Below the pieces are notes generated by a model that saw only the letters and a list, made by a program, of their open reading frames with translations, was not told the DNA's origin and ran no database searches. Shown piece after piece: positions 41,563-56,459 of a stretch of DNA of 64,000 nt. Source of the stretch: Lama guanicoe. Lineage: Eukaryota. The DNA lies in NCBI GenBank assembly GCA_013239625.1, contig MU054098.1:1-64000 (forward strand). Reading direction: 5' to 3'. The position numbers and the translations under genes were made by a program. The stretch's first letter is position 1; each line of letters starts with the position of its first letter.

Positions 41563-43878
41563 CAGTAATTTAGTTTTGAAATATCTAGAAGAAACAGTAT
41601 CACTTAATATATTTATTTTAAAATGTGAAGTTTCCATATAATTTGAGGACTCTTTTGTACACATATATATTTGTCTCCAAAATTAATATAAACTGATTTT
41701 GTTTGTAGCCTGGTTTGCGACTGACACCTCCTAAGCAGCAATTTAAATAAAAAGCAGAAGTCTAACATGCAAGAACTTGTTTATTTCCTTATGGTAATCC
41801 CTGACATGAATAATGTGCTTCCTCTTTTCCAGATAACTAAGATCAACCCATATTTTGTTTGACAATTTGTAAGATGTTTCATTGATGACAAGGCAGATGG
41901 GAGTGGACAGACGGTTACACACCCATCTTTCTTTCAGTACAGTCATGGTGGTATCATTCTGAAACTTCAGGGAGGTTTTTTATTGTCCTTCACATTTCAA
42001 ATTTCTTGAATAGAAGGGAGGTAACTGGAAAAAGCCACTAGTCTCTTGTGGAATGTTGGGCAAGTAGTTTCCTTTCTCAGGAACCCAGGCTTTTTTTTTT
42101 TTTTCAATTTGAAAAATAAAGGAGTATAAACAAATTGATTCCTTCCAATTCTAAAATATACATTTTAACCTACAATGTCCTCATTAGTATTTCATTTTTA
42201 AAAAAGAATCCCTGGTGATGCCAAATATTATTATGCCTGTTATTCATTTTTTAAGAAAAATACTGGGGTAATCACACTGCCTCACTTAAAAGCCACCAAG
42301 AGCTGTGTAGAATCAGCAACATTTCAAATACACAAAATTAAATATTTCCCTAACATGATTTTTCTCAAAGACACTTTCATAACCGTGTTCTTAAAAATAC
42401 TGGCACACTGCAAATCTTAATGATTTATGTCTGTTCTTTCTAGTAGATTAAACAATTCTGAACAGAAAATTATATCAAAAATAAGTGATTGTCATCAACT
42501 ACTGCTCTAAGCTGCTTGAAATTCACAATTAAACATGCAGTTACAAGGTGGGCAAGTTACACATCAGAGGACATGCAAGTGCTCATATTCCAAGTCAACT
42601 GCAACTTACTATTGAACATAGGATTCAAAACAAAAGGCTTTGGCAATAACTGGAGATGAAAATGGTGGAGAAGAAATCAGTATTTCAAAAGAAGATGGCA
42701 AGAACTACAGCATTATAATTATGACACATGTCTACATTTTTTAACAGTGACATTCCTCCCACTCTGCCCTGTCCCCGCAAATTCTATCAGCTGAATAGAC
42801 ATCATTACTTAGTCAATTTGCTTCTGGAACTCTCAAGGTGTTCTAAAGGGATTAATTGTAATCAGAGGAAACATATCAGAATTTCACTTGCTATAGCGAG
42901 CCATGGTTACTGATGGGAGTATATGTTCTCCTTTCAGGTGTCCTGGGGCAAAAACAAACAGTGGAAAAGGAGGATAGGAGTGTCAGGAACTTCGTGGTAA
43001 GTATTAGGCACTAATTACCTATCTGCAATATATGTAAGCAATGCCTAATTAGATCTAGTCAAAGAGCCTTTAATAAAAAACAAAAACAAAATCTTAAGAG
43101 TGTCCTTAATTGAGGGAAGAGGCAACAGCTATTCTGCAATATATATCTCAAATATTTTGTCAATGAATATGGAAGGAAAATGGCATATGTCTAGAAAAAT
43201 CTTGACCCCATTCACTGGCAGCGAAAACGATTAGGCTTCAATAGTGACGGCCATACAGTCCCTAAGCACTGAGGATGGAACATTACGTGCTTGGGGGTAG
43301 AAGACTTAAAACATCAGCCTCTAACTTTGAAGAGTATTTGATGATACTAGAGAAGAAAACAAGAATTTCAAATGTCTCTTCCAGTGGACTGAAAAGATAT
43401 GCTCCTAAAGTTCAATTATCAAAATTACCATCCTAGAGAACACGGTACAGTTAAATACTACTACCACAAGAGTAGCAAACATCTTTTTAATCAGAAAGTT
43501 CAACTCAGGAAGCTTCCAAGACTGTGAGTCGGGGTGTATCATTAAGATTCGGGAGCACACTGTTGACTGAGGGAGACAGAAAGGACACTTTGAGGATGTC
43601 ATTTTGCACCTTGAAAAATGACCTTTAATGATGCCCCCAAAGGAGACTGAGTGTTTTATTTGATTCTGTCAGCATTCTTTTTCACAATTATTTTGTTAAG
43701 ATATTCTAATGGCTAAAAGAATGAAGCAAGTATAGTAGGTGGAAATGAGAGAAATTTTATTAGTTATAATAGTACTAATGTTATGTATTTAGGAACTTAA
43801 TATAACAGGACTTATTACTAAAAGAACCCATAAGACAAAGGAACAATCATGACTTCTAATAACTTAGGTAGATTTTCA

Positions 43879-44136
<258 letters not shown>

Positions 44137-45599
44137 TCAGTTCATAAGCTCGCCTAGATACAATGTTTTCCTTTCTTACTGTTTGGTACCTAAGGATGTT
44201 TGAAATGGAAATGCAGATTTTAACTGAAAGGGCATGGTTTTACATCATATTTCTATTTTAAACAGTGTATAAATAGCTTTACTTAAAAATAGCATCCCCA
44301 ATATTAAGAAAGTATAGTTGTTTCATAAAATTATTATTAAATCATCAAGCTAACAGGACTTAAAAAAAAGAATTAATAGATTATACACCAGTAAAACACT
44401 GTGCCCCTTATTTTTCCCTTAGTCTAATAGAACAGTACGAATTAGTGCCGATATATTACAAAGCATACCTGAAATTAAGCTACCATCTTCAGTGCCAACT
44501 TTTTTCAAAAGTTAATGTAAATAAACTTTAATCCAAAGCAAATATAGAGCTCATAAAAATAAATGCAGTCATGAGTAATACAAATGTTTAAATGGAGTCT
44601 ATAAATAATTTTTGTGCTGCCATCATTTTAACAGTATATACCTAAGTGCTGATGCTGCTTATTCTGAAACTGCTAAAAATGGGGGAAAAAATTGATCAGT
44701 GACCAAAAGTTAATTTATTTGCGAAAGAAGGCTAATGTCCTGAAGGTTATAATCACTTGGGTATATTTTTTTAGTAAAGAAAGTTGGACTTTCACCAGCA
44801 AGTTCAAATACTTATTGTTCAAAAATGCTTTTTATTCCTTAGATCCTCCACTGGTTTTCATATATAAATTTAATTATTGTAATAAAAGGAAACAATCTGA
44901 ATAGAAAAATGACTCAAGGTGATGACAGCACCATTCAAGAAAATATACAGTGAAGTTAATTCGTTTGATACATTACTGTTTTCCAAAAATTATTTAACAA
45001 GTGCTTTACTATGAAAGTAACTTTCTCAATCAATGTCCACAATATAGATGCACTTTTACAATCCAATAAACAACTCAAAAAGAATCATCCTACTGTTTTT
45101 GTGGAAAACCCACAGCAATTTTTGGGGGTAGTAATTGGATCCTTATATGTATTATTATTATGAACAGTATTATAATTCTAATGAACAAGTTAAATCAGGG
45201 ATCTCTAAATTTTGGAATCCCAGTATTAATCAGCTACAAATAAACATTAGCCCACATCTATCACCAATGACAGATGTTTCTTTCTAATGAATTGACCATT
45301 ACATTTCCACAGTTCTGAAATGGCCAACAGACCATAAAAAGACTTTTCTTTAGGCTTCTGCTTAAAACCAACAGCTTCAGCAAGTGGCTGGCCTTGATTT
45401 GGGGCCGATTCACTTGATACATTACTTAAAAATTGCACCAGATACTGATCCTGGGATTGGGGATACCGCATCCAATCAAAGAAAATCTTGCTGTACAAAA
45501 GTTCACATCCATACTAATAAACAAATAACATATAACATGAGATGTGATTATAAAATATAATATACTAGGTGGTATAAAAAAAAAGAGGGGTAAGGGATT

Positions 45600-45825
45600 G
45601 GACTGGGGGTTATTTTGTTCCCCAGGGAACATTCAGAAATATCTGGGGACATTTTTGATTGCCACATACAACCAGGGGTGGGGGAGATGCTCCTGGCATC
45701 CAGTGTATAGAAGCCAGGGATGCTGCTAAAAATCCTACAATGCATGTGACTCCCCTCACCCGCTCTCTGCAACACAGAATTGTGCAGCTCAAAATGTCAA
45801 TAGTGTTGAAACTGAATAACCCTGG
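45600..45825 (+). mobile_element. MER20-like hAT MITE
   Basis: CTCCTGGCATCCAGTGTATAGAAGCCAGGGATGCTGCTAAA...AAAATGTCAATAGTG. Confidence 0.8.
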
Positions 45826-48674
45826 GTAATAGTGCAGGTAAGGATGTGGGTAATGGTGGGGTTGCTATTTAGATAGAATATTATTTAGATAGATGTTTTA
45901 TTTAATTAATTATTAATTATTTAGATAGATCTATCTCTATCTATATCTATGCTATTTAGACAGATGGCCACTCTGATGAGGTTATATTTGAATGAAGATA
46001 TATGTGAGGTAAGGAAGCAAATCATGTGGCTATCTGGGGGAAGAGATTTTAGGGAGAGGAAAGAGCAAATGCAAAGTCTGTGATGTGGAAGAGTGTTCTG
46101 GTGTGTTTTGGGGACAGCAGAGACCCAGCATGACTTGAGCAGAGTGAGCAAAGAAGAAAACGAGAGATGAGGTCAGGGAGTTATCATAAAAGCTCTTAGA
46201 GGCCACGGGACACACTTAGGATTTTATTCTAAGTGTGATCTAAGCATAATTCATAGTAGCCAATTTGGGTCAATTATTAAAATATTAAATCCCCTGTATG
46301 AAACCATTTCCCCAAGATGTTGAAGGTTGATGAAACTGTATCTTTACTTTTAATGAAGCATATAATTCTAGAGTCAAATATTTTTAAACATAGATGACTA
46401 TATATTAAATCTATCAATTAAAATATCTATACTTTTAAAGCATCAACCCCCAACTACTCAACTTTTGAAAATCACTAATACTTCCTTCAAGGTAAAGCAT
46501 TTAATCCCCCTAGGGCACATCTTCACTCTTTGCTTTGAACTTATGAAAGGCCATACATCAAACACTTTATTAGTAAAGTGTTTACACACAGAAATCAATC
46601 CAGCAACAACATCTGCAGTTGCTAAAAAGAACAAAGTAATCCACATGGCACTGTGGCAGGATTTTAGGAACTTTTAATGAATGAAATTCTTGAGTTTGAA
46701 TATACCTTCTTCCATGTATATACCAATCTGTTCCTCCCATTTTCTTTAAAAAGTTAAAAGAGAGCTCAGTACTAGGGAGTAAGTGTGATGGAGTGAAAGA
46801 TATACAACATAGCTGAAGGGACACAACACGTGGGAATAATGTGACACAGGGTCTAATTTCATCTTGGCTACTCATTTGACCAAGTCATTTCTCCAGATCT
46901 TAGTTTCCTCATCTGTAAAAGGAGGGCTGTAGATCAAATGACCTGTAAGGTCCATTGTTGGCTCTAAAAACTGGAAATAAAACCATCATACACATTAAAA
47001 ACAAATACAGAGTAACAACATTCTAATGACTACTATACGTTATTATCTAAATGCTATGTTTGTTCATTTTACGGTATCTTTAGAGAAGGAGATAGCTTAT
47101 TCCTTGCAAATTGTCTGTCCACTCCAGCAATTTCCGATAGAAGGATATTTGAAAATGTATTTTACTTTACCCTGACTTCTGAAATGACATATCTGAGCAG
47201 AATTTAATTGTATTCTTTACTCTAGTTTAGACCCAGCATGTTGTTCTTTTTGTATTCTCGGTAATACAATAGAATTGGAAGGTAGAGATGTTTAAAAGTA
47301 AATACTGGAGAACTATAATAAAGTCAAAGCTACATGAAACCAAGAAAGGCCCTGAGAGTCTAGTATATCTGGCAGTTTCTTCCCTTTAGATAGAAGAAAG
47401 GAGCAGGCAATGGGGGAACTACCACTTGTGTGCACCCTCTTTCTGAAATAACCTCCCTTGAGCATTAATTAGATGCTCACTGATGTGATTAAAAGATGCC
47501 AGGAACTAGCCACCCTAAAATATAACTAACATAAAATAACCACATGTGGAAACACTATTCTGAAGTAAAAGTAGTAATAACTGATGCTTTTAGTAATGGA
47601 CAGGAACATTTTAAAGAGGGGTTGGAGGAATGAGAATTTGTCATTACCTGCCAATCTTATGAGACTGTAAATCTCTTGATAAAGATTCTTCTAAATTTTT
47701 TTATCACTAGCCCCAATATGCAGCACAGTACCTTGCACAGAATAATCAGTGGGAAAAATTATTTTTGTAGAATCATTGATTCCTACGTATTAAAGCAGGA
47801 AAAGAATGCTCTAATCTAATGAGCATTTTAAATACAGAACTAAGCAAACAGCAGTGACCAAAAAATGCAGAAATAGCATGGAAAGACTGAATGGCAATTC
47901 ATCAGGAAACCCTAAAGACAGAAATATCCCTTAAATAACATTCAATCTCATTCCCTTTGTTCTAATCCTGTCCCCACCCAGCAGCCTTCAGATCTGTAAT
48001 TTGGTTTTCTAAGTGAACACACCCACCAAGCAGTATCCAAGTAGACTACCAGGGGGGATGGCCGACGGGTCAGGGCCTCTCCCTCATTCTAAGCATAGAA
48101 ATCTGCTTTGACTTTATTAAGAAATATCTGTGCACTTGTTTACCATGAGTCAACTTCCGGAGCAAACTGAGTACCCACTCTGTAGCAGGCATTGCGCTAG
48201 ACACCAAAGACACAGAAATTGATCAGACGGAACTCCTGGGTCTTACTTGAAACTATGGCTTCAAAATCCTTATAAAAATTTGGAGTCACTTTGAATATCT
48301 TTCCTACATCTTTCCTGATATGGGAAGAGAACCACTGACCATGTGTCATCTACTTTTACGTATTTATAAAGTTTTACCTCCTCTGCTATTTCTCGGTATT
48401 TTAACAGCAGATCCAGCTTGTACTACCTCCTGAGATCAAAGGCATTTCAGTGTGAGTACCAGCCAATTACAGCCAGGCTTTCTTCGAGTTCCTAAATCAT
48501 ATCTTTTGAAGAAAACAATTTAAATTTCAATAAGAAGGCAGAGGGAGCCTAAAAAGGCAGCTTGCAATTAATTTTAGAAAATCTCCCAGCTGCTAAACGA
48601 CTTGAAAGACAAAATAGGGTACAATTATTTTTAAAGAGTTTTATGCTAATTTTATTTCCAATCCTCAGCCAAAA

Positions 48675-48735
48675 CACACATGCACGCACGCGCAAGTGCA
48701 CACGCACACACGCACGCGCACACACACACACACAC
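48675..48735. repeat. Compound (CA/CG)n purine-pyrimidine repeat
   Basis: ACACACATGCACGCACGCGC...CACACAC. Confidence 0.85.
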
Positions 48736-49372
48736 TTAAGCAAGATTAGAGATCTAGTGTGCTGTGCTTCAGAAGGCCAGAATATGATAGCAGAAAGGCA
48801 TTTTAGAAAGCTTCTACCTTGTCAGTGACATTATTAACCAGGAGCTCAAGACTATATTTGATGAACTTTTCCTATTCTGAGTTTTGACATAAACATGAGA
48901 ATTTAATAATAAACTGACCCAAAAAAGCACAGACCTAGATTGAAAACAGTCTTAACAACTGGAAATCACAACCTCCTGGCCTAATGGCAGTCTTTTCTTT
49001 TCTCATTAAAGCTGCCAATTTTCTGGAGGCCCTTTCTGGCTCATTTGCCCTTTCTTCATTACACATTGGCGTCGGGTGGAACAGGTTCTGCATTTCGAAG
49101 ACTCTTCTGTTCCAGCAACATATTTTCGACTACCTATAAAGTAGATGTTATCATAAAGCCTGTCTTATCTAGAGCATTCTCAATGTTTCTCCAAACATGG
49201 GTCTCAACTTCTTGGTTCAGAAAATCTGGTCAGTATGGACACTGATGGGCTGCAGGAGAAAAGAAACTCCACCTACCCATGAACAAAGTCCCTGCACAAA
49301 GACAAGAGTGAAATTTCAAGATATTATTAAGTCTTCTATTTTTAAAGAAAAATCACTATACTTAAAAAAAAA

Positions 49373-49520
49373 GGGGAGGAGGCTATAGCTCAAGTGGTAG
49401 AGCACATGCTTAGCATGCAGAAGGTCCTAGGTTCAATCCCTAGTACCTCCATTAAAAAATAATAACTAAATAAACAAATCTAATTACCTCCCCCTCCAAA
49501 AAGAGAGAGAGAGAGAGAGC
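49373..49520 (+). mobile_element. Vic-1-like SINE with (GA)n tail
   Basis: GGGGAGGAGGCTATAGCTCAAGTGGTAGAGCACATGCTTAGCATGC...GGTTCAATCCC. Confidence 0.9.
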
Positions 49521-50107
49521 AGGGTTCAGCAAATGTAAAAAAAAATTTTTTTTTAAATTAAAAAAAAAGACGCTAAGACGCTCCCTATGCTGTACCAGAG
49601 AGGCCCGCATTTCATACTGGCTGCTAAATTCATCAGAAAATGAAGAACCAAATGTTTTAAACAACAGATTCTCCCTGTCTGTCTCTATGATGACACATGT
49701 AAGTTCACATCTGCATTCTGTTTTAAAAGAAACCTCATTATGCTCTTTTACCAAGTTTTATTTTAGATGCCAGTTAAGTCTCCTCAAACCCTCCCCCCAA
49801 GTAACCTTAAAGTAAATAAACTTATTATACAGCCATGTTCCTGCAGAAGTTTGAATCACACCAAGAATGCATATCCTTAAAAGGAAATGTTTTCCCTCCC
49901 CTTGCATCCTGTTATTTAAGCTATTTTAAGTACTTGTCTGGAGAAAGCTGAGCCAGAATTCAAGTGGTTTTGATTTTGGCTGCTGTTTTACACTGCCCAT
50001 GTCCAGGTGGTATGCAGTGCAATCTGTCACTTCAAAAACATCTTTTGGGGTGCTACTTTGTCTTATAAATCTGACAGTGAGAAAGACTGAGATTTCCTTT
50101 GACCCCC

Positions 50108-50110
<3 letters not shown>

Positions 50111-50140
<30 letters not shown>
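50111..50140. repeat. (GT)15 microsatellite
   Basis: Perfect dinucleotide run. Confidence 0.95.
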
Positions 50141-50141
<1 letters not shown>

Positions 50142-51680
50142 GCCTTATCCATCCTTGAATCTGTCCAATCTAGTGTCTTTCTTTATAAAGAGGTCGCATA
50201 TGCATGTCCTCATCTGCAACACATATGCAACCTCTTTACTAACCCACTACGGACAGTGCTCATTAGGACTTTAAGAAGAAAACCAATCAAGTGCAGATGT
50301 ACATCCTTTCAGAGAAGCTGGGTTTAAAAATTCCATTTAGTTTAACCAATATACTGCACAAATTTTTGCACTAAAAAATGACAAAAGGAATCTATATTTC
50401 TAACAATAATGGATTTACACACACAAAACCTTGATTTCCTATGAAAGCACATTAAATATTAATTTAAGAGACTCAGCCAAAAGACTTGTGTATAGGAATT
50501 TAGATTATATTCCATCCTAAGATCTAAGCAATAAAGTCGAGCTTTCATTAGGCATTAAAACTTTAGAAAAGGCAGCTGCTAAACACCTCCAGATGCTTAG
50601 CTAAATACAGGTTTTGCCTTTCACAGCTTATACCTTTTGAGGTAGCTCATTCCAGCAAATACATATAAGAGGCCGTTTAATCAGTCCCAGTTAAGGGTAG
50701 AATAGAGGTCATTACTTACAGAGTTCATCCTAATAGTGGATCCCCAAGGGTGGAGGTCAAATACAGCTGAAGGCTGGACAAGGTTAGAGGGCTGAGACCA
50801 GGCAACCAACAATGTTGTTTCCAACTCAAAACTTCCAGCAGTTTGGCCATCATTTTCCACCTGCTGCCACTTCCCCACTTTAAAAACACATACACGCCCA
50901 CACACACGTTCACACGAGCACATTCTCACACACGTGTGCTCTTGCTCTTACCCCACACACCCACAGATTCGTACTCCTTCCATCTTCCAAACCATCAAAA
51001 CATGGCTTTCAGACTATCCTGAGACCTTCCTTTTTACTAGCCCATCGATAATTAACCAGATGGCACACCGAAAGAGTAGTGGTTTGTTTAATTTTTTGGT
51101 TAGGCTGTAGTTTTTATTTTTTAAGCCATAATTAAATAAATATGCACTGGTGTTGTTTTACTGAATACTAAAAGTAAATTAAATAAAACCACCAGGCTTT
51201 TGCGGCATCATCCTGATGTGGTTGCATACTAGAGAATATCAAGTAATCGGAAACAACTCAACTTCCTGAGATGAGAAGATCTGGTACAGCTACAATCACC
51301 AGAACCAAAATTTTTTGGCATAGTTTGGTGCATAGCCTCAAAAGAATATACCCGCAGTATTACTAGTCATTTATAAAACTCCATTATTTTTTTGTTTTAA
51401 AGGTGTTGAATTTGCATTTAAAGAAAAAAAGCTGAGTGGCTATCTATTGCTTAGGAGAGAGAAAAGTCAGATGTGTTTGTAGGACTACAGACAATCTGAA
51501 AAGATTTACATTACATGGATTTATCTTCATGAGAAGTAATCATTCAAATGACCTCTAGCTTCCATAACAAGATTAAATTCTCAAAATGTAAAAGACACTT
51601 TCTACTTGGTAAAATATTTCCTTCCTAAGTGTTCTAAAACGTTTTATTTCTTCTTTAGAAGGAACTTTTGCAGCACTGCA

Positions 51681-51760
51681 GCATTTAAATTGAAACAGAA
51701 ACATTATGAAGCAGGAAAAATGCATTTAAATTGAAACAAACATTATGAAGCAGGAAAAAT
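51681..51760. repeat. Tandem duplication of a ~40-bp unit (2 copies)
   Basis: GCATTTAAATTGAAACA(GA)AACATTATGAAGCAGGAAAAAT x2. Confidence 0.9.
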
Positions 51761-54353
51761 GAGAGCCAAGGCTTCTGCTATCCTAGTGGGAAATACTGGA
51801 AACAAATGTTTAGAAAATGAAAATAATGAAGTGAAAATATACTGCTTGGAATTTAACGCTAAGCAGGTGCAGAAAGTGAGTGAAAGGAGAACTTTAAATC
51901 TTAATACTCAATTTATTGCTAGTAAAGAGAGTTTCAAGCACTATTAATTAATTGAACAAAACCTATGATTAGTGGTAATTACAGAGATTTTCTTCACACA
52001 CTATGATTCTGCAGAATTTCTAAAGAGATAATCAAGGCTATTAATGTTAATAGATGGGAAAAACCGAATAATGATTTCCATATTTTGTCACAATTGAACT
52101 GAGACAAAGTAGTCCTCCCTCCCACAAGAAAGAACTGTCCTTGTCAGGAAAATAAGTTATAGAGCTTGATTTTAAAAATCAAGTTTCTTTGAATGAAAAA
52201 GAAAAGGATTCCATAACACCTTTGACAGTTGCCTGAGGGCTCCATAACTAAGAACAACTAAAAACTACAAAGATTTTAAAGGAAAATCAAAAGATCTAGC
52301 TAGGTCTTGAAACACTTTTCTAAAAGACAGACTACATACAAGTCCTTTAATATGCTGAGAAATATAAATTTTATGTGTTACACTGTAATGGCCAAGGCCT
52401 TTAGCAATAAATTCCACCATGATGAAAATCTTTGTAACAAAGACTCTTTGAGTTCACAGTTGACAAAGTCCCAGGACACGAAAAGACTACGTATAATTCC
52501 TTGGGATTCAATCAATTAACTATTTATTTATTGAGAATCTAACATGTGTGCAACACTGAGCTAGATATTGAGGGGGAATACAAAAGAATAATATGTGGAA
52601 CAGGCAGAAATTTTGGACTCCAGAATTCCTATTTACAGCATATAGAATAATGAGTCTGCATATCATAGGAACATGTGCTTGGTAGGGACTTCAATAAGAC
52701 ACATGGTCCAATCCCCTGCCGCTGGGAAGGTGTTTGCCTACCTTAAACCCTCCGAGGTGTAGGATTTAAAGTAAGACAGTAGTTTCACAATGACCCTTTC
52801 TTGCAGTCCAAGTTCTAATAGGTCCCTCACTTAGAGCAATTTAGCCCTGTTTCCTCCTTGGAGATGACTGGTCAACCCTCTTTATATCATTAAGCTTTAA
52901 AGGAGCAATTAAGCTCCTTTACTAATAAAAGTATTCATGTTTCATCAGGTAAACAATATTTGAATTAACTTCGGTTTTTTAAAAATATAGCATACAAATA
53001 TTTCCAAGATGCTGCACATGAGACCAAGGCCTGTATTCAACAATAAACATTTATTTGAGGAGGTGAGGTCTTGAACATTGAGCAGTAGCAATAATAAGGT
53101 CCCTACCCGCAAATTCTACTCATAAAAAAGTTAGGCTGTCCCCAACACTCAAAGATGAATGTAAGTAAAACAGAAGCTTCAACGGAAATGCAATCCTGAA
53201 ACAATTATGATAAAAACTTCTGCAGAATAATGCGATTTAAAAATCTTGCAGCCAAGAATTCACCTGCTGTTTTTTCATAACCAATCTAATATTAGACTGA
53301 GTACTGCTCTTAGAGTAAGTGGTACCTATGGCAAGTTAACTGACTGCCTTTTCTTTGTATACACACACACAAAATTGTGTTAGATTCAGAACTCTTTGAT
53401 TTTTTTTTCCTTGTTAGAATTCTGATGGTATTCTGAATAGTCACTCTGGCTGGGGGGTCATTATTTTTCCCAAGGCATGCTGTAACTACGAAATGCCTTC
53501 ACAGAAAATGTTGCTTATAAATATATGGGAATAGAGATGTACACTTCCACACTTTTCACCAATGAGGTTTCCAACGTAGGTCAAAGGGTAGATTCTGATT
53601 TAAATAACAAATCATTATAATTAAACTTTATACCCTTTAATCAAGGAGATACCAAATAGATACCTCTCTAAGCACATGTTGACTCATGCTGACACACCAA
53701 TAATCGGGTCTTAACCCTGTTTTCTCATGATCTTCTACTGACTTGACCTGAGCACTGAAACTTGGAATGTAGATACTGTAAACTGCTTCCATAGTTGCTA
53801 AATTCTAAGACATGTTATATGATGTTAAAGGATAAATCAAATGGCATGCTATGTCTTCCCATCCTATACTGATGCTAACTTAATTTGAGAAAGTAGAACA
53901 GTCTTCATTATCCAAAGGCACAGAAAATGCATGAAAAAGGCAACAAAGCCAAGTTAAACAGGCAGAGGTGAAACATCATGTAATGGTTCTTAACATTTTC
54001 AGGGGTCACGCATCCCTTTGAGAATATGGTGAAAGCTCTAAATCCTCTCCTCAGAAAAATACGATACATAAAATATGGTAATAACACAGAATTTGTCTAA
54101 AAATTTCAGGAGCCACGGCAGCCCCCAGTTAAAGACTGGGACCTTGGACTAAAAACCTTTGACCATATTAGATACTAGATGCAATTAGGAATAACACAGT
54201 TTAAAGTGTAGCTTCTAAAACTTTATCCCATTGATTTTAACTGTCTTGCCCTAAGGTTCACGATTAACCATTCATATAATTCTCTAGAGAAATAACTTCG
54301 ATTGGGACCAAGAAAGATTTCTTTACTAGAGTTACTCTACCAAAAATACTTAC

Positions 54354-54426
54354 CAACTTTTGCAAAGGCCTCTTTGAGTTCATCAAGCTCATCTTTGGAA
54401 ATCTGAGTGGTAGCCATCTCATCCAT
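54354..54426 (-). CDS. PLS3: Plastin-3 first coding exon (exon 2, coding part, 73 nt): MDEMATTQISKDELDELKEAFAKV
   Basis: ATG at 54426-54424; acceptor AG at 54439-54438 (11 nt of 5'UTR in the exon); donor GTAAG at 54353; translation matches the plastin-3 N-terminus. Confidence 0.97.
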
Positions 54427-54469
54427 TTAAAGACGATCTAAAGAGAAATCAAAAAGGTCTAAGACTTTA

Positions 54470-55167
54470 AACAGAAACAGAGTCATAGATACAGAGAACA
54501 AACAGGTGGCTGCCAGAGGGGAGGGGTTGGGGTTGGGGGGAGAAATAGTGAGGGAGATTGAGGTACAAACTTCCAGTTGCAAAATAAGTGAGTCACAGGT
54601 GTGAAATGTACAGTATGGGGAATATAGTCCATAACTATGTAACATCTTTGTATGGTGTGACATATTGTAACTATACTTACCATGGTGATCAATTTGGAAA
54701 TGTACAGAAATGTCAAATCACTATGTTGAGTAGCAAGGAATTAACATAAGTGTGGTAGGTCAGTATACTTCAAAAACAAATAAACAAACAAATTCACAGA
54801 AAAAGAGATGAGATTTGTGGTTACCAGAGGTAGGGGTGGGGGGACTGCATGAAGGCGGTCAAAAGGTACAAACTTCCAGTTATAGGATAAGTAAGTACTA
54901 GGGATGTAATGTACAACATGATAAATATAATTAACACTGCCGTATGTTATATTTGAAAGTTAAGAGAGTTAATCCTAAGAGTTCTCAACACAAGGAAAAT
55001 TTTTTTTTCTATTTCTTTTATTTTCTATCTATATGAGAGGATGGATGTTTATTAAACTTACGATAATCACTTCATGATGTATGTAAATCAAATCATTATG
55101 CCATTCACTTTAAACTTATACAGTGCTGTCTATCAACTATATCTCAATAAAATTGTAATAAAAAAAT
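54470..55167 (+). mobile_element. L1 3'UTR fragment (L1MA-type) abutting the PLS3 exon 2 acceptor
   Basis: GAAACAGAGTCATAGATACAGAGAACAAAC...TATATCTCAATAAAA + A tail. Confidence 0.85.
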
Positions 55168-55939
55168 TTTAAAGACAAATTTTTTTGTGTGTGATGAATA
55201 TATTAGCACTCCTGAGAACTCTCATTTTAGGGATAATTTGGATAGAATTGCAAACTACTAAAACCATCTGAATAGGTTCCCACATTTCTAGCCCTAATAA
55301 AGAAAACAAACAAATGAGAAGTCATCATTTACCAAAAGTTATTCAGAAAAAGATATTCCCGAATCTTCCTTTCAAGGATAAAATCTTACATTACATTCAA
55401 AACGTATAAGGAAGGGGCAAGGTATCCAGCGATGATAGAAATTCTTGGTTATATGTGTCAAAACTAAGTCAAAGTAAGTGACTAAAGATTCATGTAAAAT
55501 AAGAGTTTTCCATTTATCATTTATCTATCTATCTTACTGGCTATTACCATTTTCTCCATTTATTGAGATGTAAGTGGCATATAGTATTTTGTGAGTTTCA
55601 GGTGTACACTGTGATGATTTGATATACATACATAGTGAAATGATTACCACAATAAGGTAAGTTAACACAGCCATCACCTCACGCAGTTACCATTTTTTCC
55701 CCCATTAAGCCATTGAAAAATCATTCACTTTGAAAAACTGATTTTTAAATAGCATACTAATACCTATCGATCATTCACATTAAAGGAGTAGTCAACTAAA
55801 ACAAATTACATTTGGCTTTGATAAAGAAACACACAGAAGGGTGTGCTAATCAACACATCTTTGTGCACATAACTTATTAATATGATGTGAGTTTATAACC
55901 TTTCTGATTTGGCCCTATTTTACCTATTTAACCAATAGA

Positions 55940-56282
55940 CAGGGGTTGGTAAACTACGGCCTGTAGGCCAAATTGGGCCCACTACTCACTTCTGTATGGC
56001 CCCCAAGCTAAGTATGGTTTTTGCAGATAAACATTTGCAATCAAATGTTTGAATCCCAATTAAGTGAAATACCCCAGAAAAAAAAAGAACTTCATTCCTC
56101 TAATCAGTGGACTTGTATTACCAACAAAGATACCTAATTATTATTATAGTTTGAATTTTTTCAGTAAAAATTGTGGAAATAATATTTAAATCTTTGCTAT
56201 TAATATAATATTCTTGATTCTGCCTCTTGGTGCACAATAGTTATGATCTGGACCTTTACAGAAAAACTTGACTGAGCCCTGC
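55940..56282 (+). mobile_element. MER58-like hAT MITE
   Basis: CAGGGGTTGGTAAACTACGGCCTG...CCTTTACAGAAAAA...CCCTG. Confidence 0.75.
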
Positions 56283-56459
56283 AATCAAGAAGGGAGGTCT
56301 GCACCACAATGGAAAATCCCCACATACAAACCTATTAGCAATTTTTGGACAGAAGGAATGAAAACGATTATGTGTTGGGTTTGGTTTTTTTTTTGGCTTT
56401 TTTTCTCTCTTTAAATCTTTCTATTTTTGGCTTTGTTTTTTTCTCTCTCTTTTAATCTT

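Noticed and set aside
49373..49450. tRNA-like sequences (also near 12900, 16800, 17150 and 26230)
   Set aside because: SINE heads with a shared tail, most with TSDs; not tRNA genes
52162..52186. Short palindromes/hairpins (also near 22608 and 47806)
   Set aside because: Short stems expected by chance; no ncRNA hallmarks
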